Source: Zygnema circumcarinatum SAG 698-1b (taxonomy: Eukaryota > Plantae > Zygnematophyceae). Taken from it: a stretch of 11,262 nucleotides of DNA. The notes below the pieces were generated by a model that saw only the letters and a program-made list of their open reading frames with translations, was not told where the DNA came from and searched no databases. The stretch spans positions 1 through 11,262 of the forward strand of contig JBBHKD010000034.1 of NCBI GenBank assembly GCA_037447605.1, given 5' to 3'. Positions 7,578 to 11,262 of this stretch are shown piece after piece; the stretch's first letter is position 1; every line of letters begins with the position of its first letter. The position numbers and the translations under genes are program-made.

Positions 7578-8270
7578 TTAGATTAAATGGTATGTGAACT
7601 TCCACCCACTTGTGTATCTGTCCTGACTAGGAAGACTTCGAATATAGCGGTGGGGTGCGGTGGGGATAGAAAAGGTGTCAATGTTCCAATCTTCGGCGAC
7701 GCCTCGTATGGGGATCTCACCCATCTCCAGGGGTTGGCAGTCGGGGGGAGCAGAGCGCTTGCCGCGTTGGCAGCGGGTGCAGGTTTCGATGTAGCAGCTC
7801 ACCGCGCCATGGAGGCCGGGCCAATAATAGCGCTCCTGCAGCAGGGCGACCATCTTCTTCTGGCCAAGGTGGAATCCGCCGGGCTGAGAATCGTGGGTGA
7901 CATCAAGAATCTCCATGCGTTCGTTGGGGAAAGGAACAGGAAGGCTAGAGGGGAGGTATAGAATCTGTCCTTCATCATCAACAGAGAAGTTCCGAGCGCG
8001 GCGGAGCAGCCGAGCCCTCTCGGTGTCCGTGATAAAAGGGGGCAATGTGCGGGTCATGACGTAGCGCAGAAGGGAGGAGTCTGAATGGACGTCATTGGCG
8101 CTGGGGAAATGGGGAGGAAGGAAGGGAGCGTCGCCATCATCATCCATGAGGAGTTCCCACGGATCCGCATGGGGGTGGCCGTGGGTGAAGTCAGGGTCCT
8201 GCCAGCGATGGAGGGTGGTGGCCGTGGCCGGAATATCGATCAGCCCATCTGCGAATATGACATCATGCAA
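7578..8270 (-). CDS. pol: Gypsy Pol fragment: RNase H tail, linker, integrase H2C2 zinc finger and start of the core
   Basis: ADGL (ADxLSR-like); H-x7-H-x29-C-x2-C with YYWPGL (7770-7895); WNIDTF (first Asp at 7677-7679); DRYT then KWVEV after a 1-nt shift. Confidence 0.9.
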   Translation of the reverse strand: MHDVIFADGLIDIPATATTLHRWQDPDFTHGHPHADPWELLMDDDGDAPFLPPHFPSANDVHSDSSLLRYVMTRTLPPFITDTERARLLRRARNFSVDDEGQILYLPSSLPVPFPNERMEILDVTHDSQPGGFHLGQKKMVALLQERYYWPGLHGAVSCYIETCTRCQRGKRSAPPDCQPLEMGEIPIRGVAEDWNIDTFSIPTAPHRYIRSLPSQDRYTSGWKFTYHLI

Positions 8271-8280
8271 NNNNNNNNNN

Positions 8281-10610
8281 CTGTCGAGGGGGGTGGTCGA
8301 CGATCGGCTGTCTGGGGGTAGAAACGGGCTGCCCGAGGGCGATGGGGAGGGTTGACGTGCATCTCTTCTGTCGCTGGTGCTCTCGGCTCTGGCTGCGCCG
8401 CTGTCGGCTCCTCCTCATCGAGATCGTCGGTTTCCTCCTCAGGCGTGGATCCCAATGGATGACCCGTGGAAGGAGGGAGGACTGAAGTTCTCCGGACAGG
8501 GGTGGCGACCGGTGGAGCCGTGCCAGAGGAGCTGGCGCCGTTGACATCGGCAGGGAGGAATGGCAGGGGATGTGAATGAGGATCACTTTGGTTGTGAGGG
8601 AGCACGCGCAAAGCATTTTACAATCTCGGCGTCCGGGCTTGAGCACCCTCTTGAAGTGATGGGGATTCGGACCATGGGATTCGCAATCTTTAGCGGCAAT
8701 ATATAGGCCGATCGTGTGGCGGCGGGGTCGGGCTCGGCGCAATGCGTTTGTCGAGGGGAAGGGGAGTCCATGGGAGTGCGGTGGATAGGCTGACCGTTGC
8801 GAGGATGGTGTGGGTGAAGGAGGTGGAGGCGAAGGGCGAGGTTCACCGGTGGTGTGTGGGAGTATTGGCGGGGAGCATGTCCATGAAGGTGATCTGCGGT
8901 GGGCTCCTGGTGCCTCTTCCCTTTTGGGCCTTCTCGCGAGAGTCTCAGCGTGCACACCACGGGCATCATGTCGTGTCTGGCGAGTGCGGGTCCATGGTCC
9001 ACATCGCAGCCGCGGATTATGATTCAGGCTGCAGGCAAGGCAAACGCCCTCTGGAACCCCTGCCTCTGTCATCCGACGGCGCAAATCGGCCCTGGCAGCT
9101 TCTCTCTCTTCGGGTGTGCGATCGGAATAAGGACCCCGATATCCTGGACGAGAAACATCGGGTATGTGAGGATTCACCACTGGCTTCGATAGGATCGCGG
9201 ATCATGAGAAGTGGGGAAAGGGAAGGGCTTAGTGGCGCTGGTATAGCGAGAGAATTTTCATAAAGGGAGCTGCCGGCGTCTGGCCGAGGATCTTGCAGGA
9301 GAAAAGATGGCTTGTTCTAGAAGATGCCAAAGCGTAGGGATCCTTAAGCTGGCGATTGTGTCTTGAGGCTGGCGGTAAATCGTCTTATGCGTGGATGCCT
9401 TAGCGTTCATGTAATGTGCATTACATGGCAGTTTGCCTCTCTCTTGATCATACTGAATTCCTTTCTGCCCTTTACAACAAGGCTGGGCATGCTGTGGTGG
9501 GTTGTCATGTGACTCCGCGATCAGTGGAGATCCTTCGTGTAGCGGAACCAACTGGAGAACCGGGAAAGTCGAGGCAAGTTCTCGATGCGTATTTGCCATG
9601 CATACGGCCTTCCGGTGAATTCGAAACGGCCGCTCATCAACTGTGGCACTCACATGTAGCGAAGTCGGTCATACCGGTGATTGGATCTGAAATCAGCGTT
9701 GTCACAGCTTGCTTGAATGTGTCTGCTTGTCGGGTTGCTTGACGACATCAAGCTGTGCGATTCAGGACGGCTTCCGGTTATTTGCCTCTCCTTCCCGGCT
9801 CGAGGCGGCTTGATCCGCGGTCTTCGCCGAATTACGCTTATTTGTTGCGCTGCTCCTCCAAGATGTCTGACCAGGCCCGCATCTTCACGCTTGCGGTGAA
9901 GCCTCTTGTGATGATGCCCGTGGTATCCCTCACCTCACTCCTTTCAGGAATCATTGCTATCAATTTGGTCATCATCTCTTCCATCTTGCTGGGAAACTCA
10001 GATCTGACTCGTGTGCTTCTCTGCAGGTTGGTGCGAAAGCTGGAGGGTCCTTCGCGTCGTCCTGCCGCCTTACTGGCGCTTCTTTGGGGCTCTTGGGATA
10101 AGGTGAGATTGTGAGCGCCCGGGAGGTGAGGGTGTCTTACACACAGGGGAATCCACTTGCTCTGCTTTGGCAAATTTGCGTGCTAACGTGCTTGAAGGAC
10201 TCACAGTGCGTGGTTATCCGGCCCGACTCCCGTGGCATGTCACGTCTGCAGTGGGCGCGGTGGGGACCACCTCCCGAGTTCGAGCGGCACTCCTCTCCTC
10301 CACGGCATCTGCTTCGGTAGTGGCCAGGCGCAAGCTTGATCATCAGTGCACCATTGCTGACAAAGTTTATGGCCATCCTTTGCTAGATGGAAATTCGACT
10401 GCGGCTCTTGTCGACTCGATCTGCTCGGTAAGCGGGGCTGGGATAAGGGTTTATAGCCGGTGATGCCATCTTGATCTTTCTCTGTACTTCTTCCTGCAGT
10501 GCAGATCCGGAGTCAGCGGATTCGGATCGCTGTTCTTCTTGAGGTCCCAAGTCTCCATCTGAAAACTCATGAAGATCTGCTTGTCCCTCTTGTTGCAGCT
10601 CTTCATCCAT
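8281..10610 (-). pseudogene. Long gag-like region broken by frameshifts
   Basis: GCCATGG start at 10610 with an acidic N-terminus; gag-like FTGRPYAWQIRIE near 9580-9625; CCHC-like CLACSLNHNPRLRC at 9001-9042; Pro/Ser/acidic tail. It lies upstream of pol on the same strand. Confidence 0.55.
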
Positions 10611-11041
10611 GGCGGTACGTGACACGGGTCCGCAGGATGGGCAACCCTACGTAATAGAAACAAGTGGATGCGAAACACCGCCGATACGAATAGAGGCGGG
10701 TTAAGAGGAGGCTATTTGAAATTTGATTCTTGAGTCTTTATGCGGCCACACTTTCAGCGTCCGTCTTTGGCTGATGAAGGGTTGTGTTGGTCACAGTAAG
10801 GTCACGCTGCGGCATAGAGCGGGGTCGGAGATTGAAGGTACGCGCGGCGTAGGGATCACGAAGATATTCCCATTGCTGGACTCGATGCGCATAAGGAAAG
10901 GCCCTTCCTTGGGGGCTCTCTTCACAATCCTCCTCGGCCTGAATCTCGCGTGGGCTGCAGTATATCTGGTGGTCATTGGGAGGGATGCAAGGCAGGATAG
11001 AACAAGATGGTAGCTTGGCATAGTGACAGCAAAGGGAAAAT

Positions 11042-11256
11042 AGGCCTCAATTTAGATAAAGGTTGTATTTTGGAAAGTCACCCCAGCCAGCGGTTGGCTG
11101 GGGATAGTCATCACAATGAAAGGATCTTCTCACTTGAAATCTTTTGTCTGAAATTTTGAATGGACGTCTAAATACTGCTCGGCAAAGAGACTCTTTCTCT
11201 CTCTCTCTCTCTCCATCCTATGGCATGGAACTCTCTCTCTCTCTCACACTTAGCAT
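11042..11256. repeat. Terminal direct repeat, right copy, truncated by the window end
   Basis: Matches 5844-6051 at an offset of 5198 at its start. Confidence 0.85.
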
Positions 11257-11262
11257 CACGTT

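Larger units (their letters stand above)
1089..8280. other. Six fixed 10-N assembly spacers
   Basis: N-runs at 1089-1098, 1460-1469, 1956-1965, 4109-4118, 5834-5843 and 8271-8280. Confidence 0.99.
5844..11262 (-). mobile_element. Ty3/gypsy-type LTR retrotransposon, gapped and frameshifted, probably non-chromovirus
   Basis: Minus-strand order is gag-like // RNase H tail-integrase (H2C2, DDE core, GPF), with a direct repeat at both ends. Protease and RT are not visible. Confidence 0.82.

Noticed and set aside
7073-10463. Plus-strand ORFs overlapping the gypsy interior as antisense genes
   Set aside because: They are shadows of GC-rich minus-strand coding sequence with no motifs.
5844-11262. 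DIRS/tyrosine-recombinase element or an RT-less element
   Set aside because: A DDE-type integrase is present. The missing RT is explained by the gap immediately upstream of the RNase H tail.
1-11262. A single composite novel system uniting the copia and gypsy parts
   Set aside because: The parts are on separate contigs, share no sequence that I can see, and their adjacency depends on scaffolding.

Overview
Eukaryotic, probably plant or green-algal, retrotransposon-rich DNA in seven pieces joined by six 10-N spacers (1089-1098, 1460-1469, 1956-1965, 4109-4118, 5834-5843, 8271-8280). The spacers must hide much more than 10 bp, because whole domains are missing across them. (1) 1-2211 is a fragmentary Ty1/copia element on +: 5' LTR, tRNA-iMet PBS, gag, two CCHC knuckles, protease, start of RT, and part of a second LTR. 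(2) 2212-4108 is a non-coding 1.1-kb interval followed by an inverted copy of the same LTR; 2395-4108 is repeated apparently exactly at 4119-5832, most likely an assembly overlap. (3) 5844-11262 is a Ty3/gypsy-type element with gag-like and integrase remnants on -, a ~210-bp direct repeat at both ends, and no visible protease or RT (presumably in the gap). I found no host gene, RNA gene, CRISPR array or prokaryotic system, and I cannot claim a new biological system. The best leads are a dense GTAC/CCGTAC (SBP-box-type) cluster in the copia LTR, a gag frame that starts inside the LTR and reads through the PBS, and PBS/PPT-like signals of the gypsy region lying on the strand opposite its gag-pol. 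Parts of the sequence look error-rich, which limits fine-scale conclusions.
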